Shown here: positions 48,802 through 61,407 of the stretch, piece after piece | Layout of the letters: each line of letters begins with the position of its first letter | Position numbering within the stretch: position 1 is the stretch's first letter | Assembly: GCF_001447785.1 (NCBI RefSeq) | Contig: NW_015164189.1 | Span: 1,022,332 to 1,086,331, forward strand | Direction: 5' to 3' | DNA length: 64,000 nt | Origin: Gekko japonicus | Taxonomy: Eukaryota | Translations under genes and position numbers: made by a program | Notes under the pieces: model-generated | What the model was told of the DNA's origin: nothing | The model's input: the letters and a program-made list of their open reading frames with translations, nothing else | Databases searched by the model: none

Positions 48802-50470
48802 CTCGGAGCCACCAAGATGACCTCCGCCTCAAGTTCTCTGATTCTGCGGAGAGTCCTGGATATCAGGATGAATGGTGGGAATGCGTACAGCAAGCCTTGA
48901 GGCCACCTCGTTGTGAGGGCATCCGTTGCCTCTGCGTCCTGCTGGAAGTACCTGGTAAAAAATCTCGGCAGCTTGTGGTTCTTTGGTGACGCAAACAAGT
49001 CCAGTATTGGTTGCCCGAATTGGATCACTAACCTGTCGAAGAGGCTTGGATGGAGAGCCCATTCTCCCTCCTGTAATGTCTCCCTGCTGAGCCAGTCTGC
49101 CTGGACATTCTCGATCCCTCTTATGTGTTCTGCCCTCAAGGACACAACACTCCTCTCCGCCCAGATGAGAATCTTCATTGCCTCCTTGTGCAGTTGGCAG
49201 GATCGCGAGCCTCCCTGCTTGTTGAGATGAGCTTTGGCAGAAATGTTGTCTGTTTTCACCAAAACGTGTTGTCCCCGCAGCCGGGAAGCGAAGTGGACCA
49301 GAGCNNNNNNNNNNNNNNNNNNNNNNNNNNNNNNNNNNNTCTCAGTTGGCGACCAGATCCCTTGGACCGGAACACTCTAGCGTCGCCCCCCAGCCCTAGA
49401 GACTGGCGTCAGTGAACAGCTCCATGGTGTGACAGACATAGTAGTTCTTCCTGGTGGTAAGGTTGTTCATGTCTGTCCACAAACGCAGGCTTTCCTTGAC
49501 CTTGAGGGAGACCTGCAGGTTGATAGTCCTCTTTTGTATGGTGTCTAGCTGACGGGGATGAAGAAACATTTGCAATGGTCTGGCATGCATACGGCCCCAT
49601 TGAATCATGTCGATGCTGGCAATCGTGAGGCCCAGAAGACTGTCCAACTCCATCAAGGCTGAAGATGTGCGGCGGTAAACCCGCGTAGCGAGGGCCTTGA
49701 TCTTCTGTGCCTTAGATCTTGGCAAAAACAGGGCGGTACGCGTGGTGTCGATCACTGCTCCCAGATGATCTACTCACTGACACGGAGTTAGAGAGTTCTA
49801 CTCTAGATTGATTAGAAATCTGTGACTGCGCAGACACTGTAGGGTCTTTTCGGTACTTTGTATGGACTCCGACCGTGTGCTGGCCCGGACCAACAAACTG
49901 TCCAAGTACGAATGTACATTAATCCTCTGGCTCCTGAGATGACTTACAGGATTGCTAATCAGTTTGGTGAACAGCCTGGGCGCTGAGGGAAGACCGAAGG
50001 GGAGAGCTCTGTACTGGAAGTGCTGACTGTAGATGCAAAAGTGGAGATACCATTTGTGAGCCGAGTGGATTGGCACATAAGGAGTCCGCTACCACTCTCA
50101 GAGTTTCCATGCGGAAATGGCACAGATGAATGAATCTGTTTAAGAACTTGAGATCCAGAATTGCCCTCCAGTCCCCGTTCTTTTTGGGGACCATGAACAA
50201 TATAGAGTAGACTCCCCGGCGTCTCTCGCAATCTGGAACTGGTTCGATGGCTCTGATGCTCAGAAGATGCTGTATGGCCTTGTCGACAATGGCTCTCTTG
50301 CCCACAGATTTGCTTGCAGGTGATTGCAGGAATCTCTCTGGAGGCTGACAAAGAAATTCTATTGGGTATCCCTGGGACACAACTTCCACTGCCCAGGCAT
50401 CCGCCTGTGCCTCTGACCAAGTCTTGGCAAAATGGAGAAGTCGTGCCCCTACCGGCAGCATGGCATAGTC
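48681..50470 (-). pseudogene. DIRS RT, RNase H and methyltransferase-like ORF (frameshifted, one N gap)
   Basis: VPKKNGDWRAILDLKFLN, YRALPFGLPSAPRLFTK, YLDS (a degenerate YLDD), FTDASL, TDNISAKAHLNKQGGSRS, HIRGIENVQADWLSR, DLFAS...YAFPPF. Confidence 0.9.
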
Positions 50471-51468
50471 AATTCTGTCTCTATCGTTCCTTTTGAACTG
50501 GGTCCTGTGGAATCGAGGACTGAATGAGCCACGCTTGCTGGACTGTTTGTTCGAATCCCATGAAGGTTTCTTGGTGTCCTGACAAAAACGCAGCAAGGAG
50601 TGATGGGAACAAAAGGACTGAGGATTGTGTCTGTCCGTGCATCTCAGGGCTCTAGGCATGGCTTTTTTCTTATTCCCTGGTTTCCACCAAAATGTTGTCT
50701 AGTGCCTCACTAGACAGATGATCCCCGTGGAAGGGATAGGTGGTAACGATGGATTTGGAGAGTGCATCCGCCTGGCAAGCACGCAGCCAAAGAATCCTCC
50801 TGGCTACAGCCCTAGAAGCCAGGCCCCTGGAAGCAAAGGAAATAATGTCTAAGGTAGTGTCAGCCGTGAAGGAATCAGACTTGAGAGTGCGGGAAATTCC
50901 TTCCAGTAATGTGCTGTTGTTTTCTGGGATGAGCTGAACAAGTTTCCTCAGCCAGACTATGGATGCCCTGGCAGCGATGGAAGCTGTAGATGCCGCTCTG
51001 ACCATCATGGCAATGGACTCGTGAATTCTTCGAAGAGTTGCTTCAAGCTTTTTATCAGTTGCTTCCTTGAGGTTGCCTAGTCCATCCTCAGAGATTAAGC
51101 CAACAGTCTGGTGCAGCCACAAGAGCATCCACAGGCGAAACCTGTAACAACTCATCAGCATAATTAGGCATAGCAGACAATTTTTTGGTGAAAGGGGGAA
51201 ACTGCTTGTTAACCACAGGCTTGTCCCAACCAGATCTTAATTGGCGTTCGAAATACTCTGGAAAGGGGAATACCTTCTCCGTGCACTCCTCAGGAGGAAA
51301 GAACTCCCAGTTGCCACCTGATTTGGATTTAAACTTAGCTCTGGCCACCTTCTGATATTCAGAAGCAGGTACATCATGCAGCTCTAGAGCCTGAACCGTC
51401 TTAGATAAGAGGTATTGATAGTCCTCAGATTTAAAAAATCTACTGGACTGTTCAGGAAGCTTCAGATC
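50460..51468 (-). pseudogene. DIRS gag C-terminal part (outer element)
   Basis: FPFPEYFERQLRSGWDKP, DKKLEATLRRIH, ARRILWLRACQAD and YPFHGDHL motifs typical of vertebrate DIRS ORF1. Confidence 0.7.
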
Positions 51469-54400
51469 TTCTTCGTGGTTTCTGTGCTTCACACCAATGG
51501 GATCTAGTGCGCCTGCGCTGGATCTGCCGGTGCCATAGCAAGCTCTCTTAAAAGGATTTTCGTGCCTGGCCCAACTGAGCATGCTCAGGAGCCCCAGTGG
51601 GCATGCCCAGAAGGGCAGGCACGGACATCCCGCCAGTTCTTTCCTTACCGCCACGCTGAGCAGACCTGTCTTCGAGAGGTCTGGCCGGATCGCTGTTTTT
51701 CGTCACTTTTAGTGATCAGCTCTCAATTTTTTCTCTCAGTTTCTCTTCTATTTATCTTTTTTTTTCCTTTTTTTTTTCGTTTTTTTTTTTTTTTTAAAGG
51801 AGAGTTTCTTTTTTCGTCGTCTGAGGTAGAATTACCTCAGGCCTTCGGGCCGCCGCCCCCCCCCGAAACACTTCTCGTCGTTTGGACTTTTTCCTCCTCA
51901 GTCTATGGAGAAAAAGACAAAAAAGTTGAAGAAGTGGAGATTTTTTCAATCATTGTCGTACTTGTGGAAGTAAATTGGCTCCTCCAGACAGTCATAAGTA
52001 CTGTATTTTCTGTCTTGGGGAGACCCACAATCCAGACTCCTGTGAACATTGTGCGCAATTTTCAAACCAAACTCGGAAGAACAGAGCGGCTCGCGTGCGC
52101 GGTTTCCTCTTGGAGAAAGCGCTTCAACCGATGGCTGACCCGCCGGTCACTTCATCCGTCGCTATGTCTTCCGCTACCGACGCATCGGCTTCGAAACCGT
52201 CGACGTCGAAGGCTAAGTCTGTTTCCGATACCGAGAGGTCAAAACCGAAACCTAAGGTACCAAACGTTCCTTCCACAGCGTCCACCCCTGCTAAGAAGGC
52301 CAAGAAGTCCAACCCTGCAGTGGCGACGCAAAAGGTGGTCAAGGCTAAGAAGGACTCTGTGCCAGCAGCTCCAGCCCTTCCGCCACCATCGCCGCTCAAG
52401 ATCCAGTGCGGAGTGTCGGCCTCCCCGTTTGTCGCCTGAGTCTGTCGATATCGACGCCTTTGACTGAAGAAAGGGGCACGTATGCTCTTCCGTCAAGGTT
52501 CTCCCCACGTCGTCCAAGGTCGAGGAGCTGTTCCCCGAGGTCGTGCATGCCGCCTCCGATGTCTTGGGATGAAAGGCAGTTCCGTTACCTGTACGGTCCT
52601 TACCATCCTCCTTTGCCTTGGCTCGGCCATACGGGATACACTGACTGGAACAGATTCTCTTGTCGATCTTCCCACAGGTCTCGTTCTCCGAGGCGATCTA
52701 GACCATCTGCTACGGTCTCTCGTCCTCCCCAACCGGACAATGTTCCACCGTCGGGAACATCTACCGTCCAACCTCTTCCTCAGAAGCATTTGGAGCACAA
52801 ACCGGCTGCACCAATCCAGCCGCCTGCTCCATCTCCTCGTCAACCTGCCCCGGCTGGGGAACCCGAGTCTTCAGAGCCTTCGGAATCTGGTTCCGATACC
52901 GAGCCTTCTGAAGCCCCAACGTCACCAGATAATTCGTCTCCCAATACCGACGTGTTTCAGAACCTCCCAATATCCCCGTCGGATAACTTGTCGTCATACA
53001 CTGACCTCATAAAACGTATGGCCCACGCATTGGGATTGTCAATTGTTCAAACAGATCCTCAATCTATGGATTCTCTCTATGAAATCGTCCAACTGGACAC
53101 GTCCTCAGTCGTCGAGCTTCCAATGTNNNNNNNNNNNNNNNNNNNNNNNNNNNNNNNNNNNNNNNNNNNNNNNNNNNNNNNNNNNNNNNNNNNGCTCGAC
53201 AAAAGCCGAAAAAACCCCTTGGCCCAAACCGTCGTCCGCCCCGTCTCTACAAAACAGTTAGACCATATGTACCGCATTCAGCGAACTGCAGCAGAGTTCC
53301 TCCTCTCCCATCCACAACCAAACTCCTTAGTCGTCACCTCGTCGTCCAAGTCGGAAAGATAACATTCCACTCCTTCCGATAGGGAGGGCAAGGAGTTGGA
53401 TGTCTTTGGCCATCGCTTCTATTCAACGGGAGCGTTGGCCGTGTAGGCGTCGAACTATCTCGCCTGTATGAGTCAATATCAGTACACCTTGTGGGAACAG
53501 ATGTCCGAACTCTTGGTGCATCTCCCTGAGGACAAGCTGTATGCTGCAAAACTGCTCCAGAAAGAAGGCATGGTGGTCGCTAAAACAGCAGTTGTCGATG
53601 ACCACGCATGTCCTGGAAGCCTCCTCAAAGACCATGGCATCAGCAGTGGCGCTTAGACGACATTCGTGGCTGAGAACGACTTCTCTCCCCTTCGACGTTC
53701 GCTCGTTGGTCTAGGATATGCCTTTTGAAGGCTTGGGCCTCTTCCATGCCAATACGGATTCCTCGTTGCAGGATCTCGACAAGAGTATTATGGCCTCCCG
53801 GTCTCTAGGGATCTCCTCTACATCCCGGCATTCNNNNNNNNNNNNNNNNNNNNNNNNNNNNNNNNNNNNNNNNNNNNNNNNNNNNNNNNNNNNNNNNNNN
53901 NNNNNNNNNNNNNNNNNNNNNNNNNNNNNNNNNNNNNNNNNNNNNNNNNNNNNNNNNNNNNNNNNNNNNNNNNNNNNNNNNNNNNNNNNNNNNNNNNNNN
54001 NNNNNNNNNNNNNNNNNNNNNNNNNNNNNNNNNNNNNNNNNNNNNNNNNNNNNNNNNNNNNNNNNNNNNNNNNNNNNNNNNNNNNNNNNNNNNNNNNNNN
54101 NNNNNNNNNNNNNNNNNNNNNNNNNNNNNNNNNNNNNNNNNNNNNNNNNNNNNNNNNNNNNNNNNNNNNNNNNNNNNNNNNNNNNNNNNNNNNNNNNNNN
54201 NNNNNNNNNNNNNNNNNNNNNNNNNNNNNNNNNNNNNNNNNNNNNNNNNNNNNNNNNNNNNNNNNNNNNNNNNNNNNNNNNNNNNNNNNNNNNNNNNNNN
54301 NNNNNNNNNNNNNNNNNNNNNNNNNNNNNNNNNNNNNNNNNNNNNNNNNNNNNNNNNNNNNNNNNNNNNNNNNNNNNNNNNNNNNNNNNNNNNNNNNNNN

Positions 54401-55256
54401 NNNNNNNNNNNNNNNNNNNNNNNNNNNNNNNNNNNNNGCAGCCTTCCTGCGTTTGAGAGGAATATCTGTATACCCGTACATAGACGACTGGTTGCTAGTG
54501 GCATCTTCCCGACAGACACTGTTAGCCAACGTCGAGGAAGCGCTGTCCCTTTTGAGCACTCTTGGACTCATGGTCAATCATCCGAAGTCCCAATTGTGTC
54601 CAATGCAACGGATTCGGTACAATGCAACTAGATTCCACCTCCTGCATGGCGTACCTCCCTCAGGACAGGGATATCATCACTTTGGCCAACCTGGTACGTG
54701 CCCAACTGTCAGCTACGGCGTTCCAGGTTCAGCGGTTGCTTGGTCTGATGGCTTCCACAATGTCGGTGCTGGTCTTTGCAAAGCTCAAGATGCGCCTGCT
54801 CCAGCTGTGGTTCCTCCGCAACTTCAACTTGGCGATGAATCCACACAAGGTCGTGCTCTTCCCATCCCCGGTGGTGCTGCAATCCCTGGAATGGTGGACC
54901 CAGCCATCCAATCTTTTGCAAGGGGCCCCCTTCCACCCTCCGTCTTCAGAGGTTACGGTCACCACAGACGCTTCCTTGCAGGGATGGGGAGCTCACTCCA
55001 TGAACATCTCCATAGGAGACATGTGGGATGAACACACCGCTCGTCGCCACATCAACTACCTAGAGCTGATGGCTATACGACACGCTGTTGCCAGTTTCCG
55101 CCCATTCATCGCCGGCAAAAGTGTCACTGTTCATGACGGACAATATGACTGCCCTGTCATACGTCAACAGGCAGGGATGCACCATGTCACTGCGCCTCTG
55201 CAACCTCGCCATCACCCTGTGGGACTTCTGCATCGCCCACAACATATTCCTCATCG
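51469..55256 (+). mobile_element. Second DIRS element (different family), nested in opposite orientation and 3'-truncated
   Basis: ITR-like start TTCTTCGTGGTTTCTGTGCTTCACAC. Gag has a Cys/His finger (DSHKYCIFCLGETHNPDSCEHC) and RRHSWLR...DMPFEGLGLF. RT has YPYIDDWLL; RNase H has VTTDASLQGWGAH, HINYLELMAI and TDNMTALSYVNRQG. It stops abruptly at about 55256. Confidence 0.88.
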
Positions 55257-55496
55257 AGGAAAAGAGGAAGGAGAGAAGTAGAGGAAGAAAATGCAAAGGC
55301 TTTGAAAAAAGAGGAAAATTAAGATAGGTTCTTTAAGGTACAGCTAGGACTAGCTAGACTGTGCTGCTTCTCCCTAGTGAAGCAGGAACAGAACTGGATA
55401 TGGGCTATTCCAGAGGCGCCAACAGGAAGGGGAAAAAACTATTTCCTGCTTCCCTAAAGGCACGGTGGGAATAATCCTTTAAGATGTCCTCCACCT

Positions 55497-57069
55497 GACT
55501 TCCGGTCTACGGAACAGCGATGGCGGATGCCCTCCTCACAACGGAGGAGGGCAAATCGCACACCAGTGGCCTGGAGGGGTGCCATCTCAAATGACACCCC
55601 TGCGGAGCCTTTGCGATAGGCTCCAGGCCAGGGGGCTTTTGAGGGGTAGCCTCTTCGATGGCGTAATGCCGGAGAATTGAGGCTCCCCTCCGCCCCGACA
55701 GTCCAGTCGCTGAGTGGCCTTCGGGCATAAGCTGGACTGACCGGGACAAGCGCCGGAGATTGAGCGGAATGGCTTAAAACCGAGCGTGGTCAGTTAAACT
55801 GGCCAACAATGAACGTGAGTTCTGAATAAAAACGAAGTAGTTTGAAAAGCGACCCCCCCCCCCCCCGCGATTGGAAACAGAGATTGCAAAGAGGGACGCC
55901 TCTTTTGCAAAAGAACGGTTAAGACACGAAGGGGGAGAGGGGAGAAAGTAAACCAAAAGTGTTTTGAGAGAGTTATCTGAATTGCGAAGTCGTTCGGCGA
56001 GTTTTCCGAGTTGTGGGGAAGCGGCAGAAACTGTAAACAAAACGGGAAAGATGGNNNNNNNNNNNNNNNNNNNNNNNNNNNNNNNNNNNNNNNNNNNNNN
56101 NNNNNNNNNNNNNNNNNNNNNNNNNNNNNNNNNNNNNNNNNNNNNNNNNNNNNNNNNNNNNNNNNNNNNNNNNNNNNNNNNNNNNNNNNNNNNNNNNNNN
56201 NNNNNNNNNNNNNNNNNNNNNNNNNNNNNNNNNNNNNNNNNNNNNNNNNNNNNNNNNNNNNNNNNNNNNNNNNNNNNNNNNNNNNNNNNNNNNNNNNNNN
56301 NNNNNNNNNNACTCCAACTATATTAAAAAAAATAGCCTACCTGGAGAAATAGTGGTCAAGTTTTCAAGAAGACAAACCAGAGTTGCCATTTTAAAAGCAA
56401 CATCAGCAACTCCACTGAAAATGGGAAATGTAACCATTAAAACTTTAAAGGACATTCCATTTGAAATTAGACAAAAGAGGAAAAATTAATGGAATCAAAC
56501 TAATGGAATATCGTACAGATGGGCAGTTCCGTAAGGTGTCATCTTTAAGATCAACGATAGAAGGGAGAAGATAGACTCCACTTTTAAAGCTAAAGAATTT
56601 TTGAAACGTCAGCTGGGGACAGATGATGAGTCTAAAGAGGGAGAATCGAAGTTGAGTGACTCTGCTACCTCGGGAACGGAAGAGGATTCTGCGGCAGAAA
56701 AGGGTGCAGGACCTGCCAGAGTGGTATACGATTTTAGAGACAGAAAACCAAAGTAAAGGCAGAAGGACTTTGAAAATGGCCTTTTGAAGCGAAGAACAAG
56801 AAGATGATCAGACACTTCTCTCATAACAACTAAACAAAATAACATACAAGATGCAAATTGTTATAAGCAAGAACTCAACAAGTATATTGTGATAATAAAA
56901 CTAATGGTACTAACATATTTACTAACAGTGAAAAGATCTCCTTCTCTTGGGGTTTTAGTCTAGTGTGGTTTGCTTTTCTTTATCCCTAGTTGTAGTCCCT
57001 CCCCTATATTTCTTTGTAGTTTGTAGTATATGCAAAATAAAAAATATCCCTACAGGGATTTTAAAAAAA
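55497..57069 (+). mobile_element. Second ORF1-only L1 derivative (HAL1-like), inserted in the DIRS 5' ITR
   Basis: 16-bp TSD AAGATGTCCTCCACCT (55481-55496 and 57070-57085); 5' end GACTTCCGG; degenerate ORF1 at 56051-56756 (LPGEIVVKF, LKDIPFEIRQKRK); AATAAA and poly(A); homologous to 43680-45513. Confidence 0.9.
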
Positions 57070-58546
57070 AAGATGTCCTCCACCTCAGAGGGAGAATGAA
57101 GGTTTCCTTGACTCTGGCAGCAAATTTTAAAGATGGTGGATGAATACCAAGTTCTTCTGCCCTAACATTGCTTTATTACCTTAATGAGTAGAGGCACTAG
57201 CTTCTATCACAGACACTTTGGGCTGGATCCAAACTAAGTTTTCTAGGAGGAGAACAGAAGTTTCCTGCCTTTCCCCTTTGGCTGCAGCCGTCTGGTCTCC
57301 ATGAAATGCTGCGCCTGGAGCTTAAGTGTCCATGCGGAATTATTGGAGTGGTGTCTGCAAGTAGGAAGTTGGAATCAGTGGAAATAGCCCATTTAGTAGT
57401 CTTGATCCACCCCTTCCTTCTGCCAGCAGCAGAAAATAACTGGTCAGTCACATAAGCTGTTTTATGATTTGGTTAGGTTCAAAATAAAGTTAATGTATTT
57501 GGAAAGCATGATGGCTGGATTGTAGACACATAGCATGGCTATGATTTCTTCATGGTTTAGCAAGCTTATTCTCTCTTGTGGGAACTGTGTTGCTGTAGGA
57601 ATGTTGAATATTGTCTTTCTGTTGCTTGGTGGTTAGTTGCAGTGTCTATGAAATGTTGCTCTGTCTCCGAGAAGATTGAGTCTACATGAGACAGCGTCTG
57701 TCATAAAATTGCTTAGACTTAGTCTAAGTCTTTCGTAAGTGGACTGATAATTAGTAATGTAGTGGATGTTTCACTTAACTAAGCAACTTCACCCTAAGAC
57801 ACTTCTATTTGTAAAATGAGTTTGTCAGGATTAAATTACTTGGCTGCCTAAAGAGACCACCTCAAGTAAGTTCTGTACCTGACTCTGGTTTTAAGGTATT
57901 ATCACTGTAGATGTGTTTACTGTTGGAAATATCAAATAGGCTCCTCTATCCACGTCTGTTAATCTGCCAAAAAGGGCAAAGTGGGAGTTTGATGCGTTTT
58001 CTCACTATTTAAACATTGGGTGGGTTACTGGTATTTCAAAACATTTTAATCACTGATTTAAGTACTGCATTTTATATAACCTCCAGTATGTCTGTCTTCA
58101 AGTAAATATCATGACTGCATTTGGACAGACAATTCTTTGAGTAGTTGGTAAGAAGAACCAATAGTACCAGAAAGAAAAAAAGTTGAGGTATATGTATGAA
58201 AAACTAATTTACTGTTATACATCTAGCATATTCTAAATGAAATAAAAACCCTTTAATGAATAAACACATATCACAAAATAATCATAACATGTAAAACTCT
58301 CTTATCAATGGTAAGTTAAAATTCCAACTGGGTTTTGGCAAGATGTCTTCATCGATGGTATCAATGCACAGTTCCTCCAACAGAGAATGCAATTGACTGA
58401 AAAGTAGTAGCTTTGGAGAAGGTTGAAGGCTGAAGATGTTACCATTGCTTTGATGGAAGGTACCTTTATCCCCTGAGTTAAATGGCAATAGAGACCCAGC
58501 AACTTCTGTGCTGGGATGATACCAGTGATCTGACAGAACAAAGCAG

Positions 58547-61407
58547 TTCTCCCTTTGAGGCGGAGGACATCTTATTTGCTTTGGTGTTTTCCACCATCCA
58601 TTCAGGGGGGGACATCTTATTTGCTTTGGTGTTTTCCATTCAGGGAGCCAGGACTGATCTTCTCACTTCCTGTCTCCTGAGATCCACCCTTTTCCTCCAG
58701 TTCTTTTCCTCCCTTACAGGGAGAGCAACTTAAAATAGGCTCTGACTGTATCTATTCCTCTATTTCTGTTTTCTATTTCCCTGTTTAGCTGAACCTCTAC
58801 TTCCTAACCCTCCTTACACCTCTTATTATGTTGTCTTTAATCCTGTCTTCCTCCTCTTCTTTATTCCAACTAGAAGCTCAGTTTGAGGCTAGCTGTTACC
58901 TCAACGGCAAGTACTTCAGCCCCAGTGGGGGAAGACCCCTAGCACAGACAAATGATGGCCAACAACTCAGGTGGTTTTCTTTTGGAGGAGGAGCCCTCTG
59001 CCCTCCAGAATATTGTAGCCATCTCAGATCTGTGGAGCTGACATGACCCTTGAAGGGCTTGATCTGGCGGCCGCTAGCAGCTCCCTCCAGTGTGTCTACA
59101 AAAAGCACCAAAATGGAGAGTGGCCAACACTCTTGAGTCAACAGCCAAGGCACAGCAGCAGAAGGCGGGCTCAGCTGAAGATTGACCTTTGTGCAACCTG
59201 TGGGCAAACTGCTTAACGCTAAGAGCCACACCACCATGGGGAAATCCAATCCCTCTGCAGTTCAGGCTCACCCAGAGCAGGTCAGAGCTAACTTTTTTAC
59301 TGTTCCTTCGGCTGTCGTCATGTCATAAAGATATGGTTAGAAAAGTGATACACTATCTCAGCAGATGGAGGAAATAGTCATTCTAGCTCCAGACTCACGT
59401 GAAGAGGTTCTTCACCAACTACTTCCACCCACGAGCTGAGAACACCAATGCTCTGATGTCCCCTTGGCCGCAGGGTGTGATGTGCGCCTTCCCGCCTTTT
59501 CTAGTGATTCTGAAACTGTTGAGAAGAATCAGAATCTTCCAGACAGACGTCATCCTAGTGGTGCCGCATTAACTGAGTCACCCCTGGTTTTCTGACCTAC
59601 AGGACATGTCCATTGTCCTTCCTTTAGCTCTTCCTCCTTTGCCAGACATGCTTCACCAAGGTCCGATCTGGCACCCACAGCCAGAACCTCTCCACATGAC
59701 CGTGTGGAGATTGAGAAGGGCAAATTCGTAAAGCAAGGTTATTCCTCAGATGTCACCAACACATTACTGGCATTGTGGAGGAGTTCCACGGTCATAATTT
59801 TTAATATCACATGGAAGGACTTCGTCCACTGGTGCAGGAGGAAATGCATCAACCACCTCAAGCTCTTTCTCACCGCCATTCTGGACTTCTTCCAGAATGG
59901 GTCTTTGAGCACCCTGGAGGCTCCCACTCTTTGCCATCAGGCGGCAGCATCAACTGTCCCCCCTAAGTTCCAAGGTGGGACTCTTGCCCAACACCCACAC
60001 GTCAAGTTGTTTCTCAAGGACACCTCTACCAGAGACCCTCCTGCCATGTACAGGTTCCCTACCTGGAAGTTTAATATGATCTTATCTGTGCTCCCCAGGC
60101 CTCCATTCGAGCTGATCAAATACATCCTAAGGGGCTGTGAATGAAAGCATTGTTTCTTACAGCTGTTACCTTGGCCAGAAGGGTTTCCGAGTTGGGAACA
60201 GTCTTAAGGACTGATTGGACCTTTAGACCGAAGGTTTCATCTACTTTCCACAGATCTCAAGAGTTGAACGTACCTTCCTTTTGCCCCAATCAAACTCATT
60301 CACAAGAAAAGGTTTGGCACACCTTAGACGTCTGTTCAAGTGTGACTGGCTATTTGTTAACACACACCCCACACACACTCAGGCAAAGAGAAGTCGAGGT
60401 GTTCTATAAGTAGGACCATATGATCCTGAATTGAAGAGGCATACAGATCCACCAGCTTGCCCATCCCTCCCGAAATTATGGCTCGCTCACTCAGAAGCGC
60501 CTTTAGTAATGTGGCTTTCACCAGAAATGCCTCAGTAGGGGAGATAAATAGAGTCACTACATGGTCATTGGTTTCTACACCCATTAGGCACTTTAGCTTT
60601 GCTGAAGCATCCTTTGGACAGAGGGTACTTCAACACATCCTGGATGATGATGACTCCCTGTCGAAGTCATAGAGACACTGCTTTCGGAGGTCCCAAGCAA
60701 GATGTCCGCTGCTTCAGAGGGTGAATGGCCACTGGCCATTTACCATGAAGGGCCCTTCTCCTCTGAGGACAGGAGGACATCTTGGCCCTCCCTGAGCCAT
60801 CATCCCATCTTTGAGGTTAGGTTCTTTATCCGTTCTACTGTTACTTGTGCTACTTCCTGTTGTTTTCCTGTTATTTACCAAGTCAGTGATATCTAGCATA
60901 GTTATGGAGAAATTACTGCAGTTTGAGTATTGGAACTTGAGGAAAGGGGTGGATCCCACTCAGGAGACAGAGAGTGAGAAGATTTGCCCTGCCTCCCTAA
61001 ATGGATGGTAGGAAGCAAGTAAGATTTATTTATTTATAGTCAAATTTATACCTTGCCCTCCTTGCAAAGCAGGCCCAGGGCGGCTTCCAACAACAATACA
61101 ACAATACAGAATAAAAACATAAATAATACCGAATTAAAACACAGCATTTAAATAGTACATTACAAAATATCAGAGTACTGGTGGCAGTTAAAATCAAATG
61201 AATAAAGTGCTTTCAAACAGAGTGCTTCGATGTTATTCCACATAAAGTGTTTAGATGTTATTCTGCTCGTTCTTGAGGCAGCTGCTCGATGTTAACATTA
61301 CGGGCCATGCACTAGGGCGGAGGTGGCGGCAGCCCCTAATTGTATGCCTGGTGGTCCCGCAGGGCCCTGAAAAGGGCCCTTCATGTTAAGTGGCAAATGA
61401 TCGTTCT
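58547..61407 (+). mobile_element. Third DIRS element, older and heavily deleted, with an L2 3' fragment (about 61023-61370, -) in its right ITR
   Basis: Starts TTCTCCCTTTGAGGCGGAGGACATCT like the outer DIRS. MT remnant CAFPPF; YR remnants LARRVSELG and ARSLRSA; ICR at about 60700-60783 is complementary to 58547-58575 and 61371-61400; GTTCT at both ends. Confidence 0.85.

Larger units (their letters stand above)
47137..57096 (-). mobile_element. DIRS1-like tyrosine-recombinase retrotransposon (outer element; ITRs and ICR preserved; carries nested insertions)
   Basis: ITRs at about 47137-47285 and 55390-55496 plus 57086-57096. The ICR at 47479-47562 is complementary to both termini. Gag, RT, RNase H, MT and YR ORFs lie on the minus strand. 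Confidence 0.93.

Noticed and set aside
47590-49262. Phage integrase and DNA methylase suggesting bacterial contamination or horizontal transfer
   Set aside because: They are the normal YR and MT domains of a DIRS retrotransposon, embedded with RT, ITRs and ICR.
51562-52467. 301-aa ORF with a Phe-rich stretch
   Set aside because: An alternative frame over the poly-T DIRS leader and gag; the Cys/His finger is in another frame.
53711-55031. ORFs of 233-437 aa around 53.7-55 kb
   Set aside because: Mostly N; the flanks belong to the inner DIRS gag and RT.
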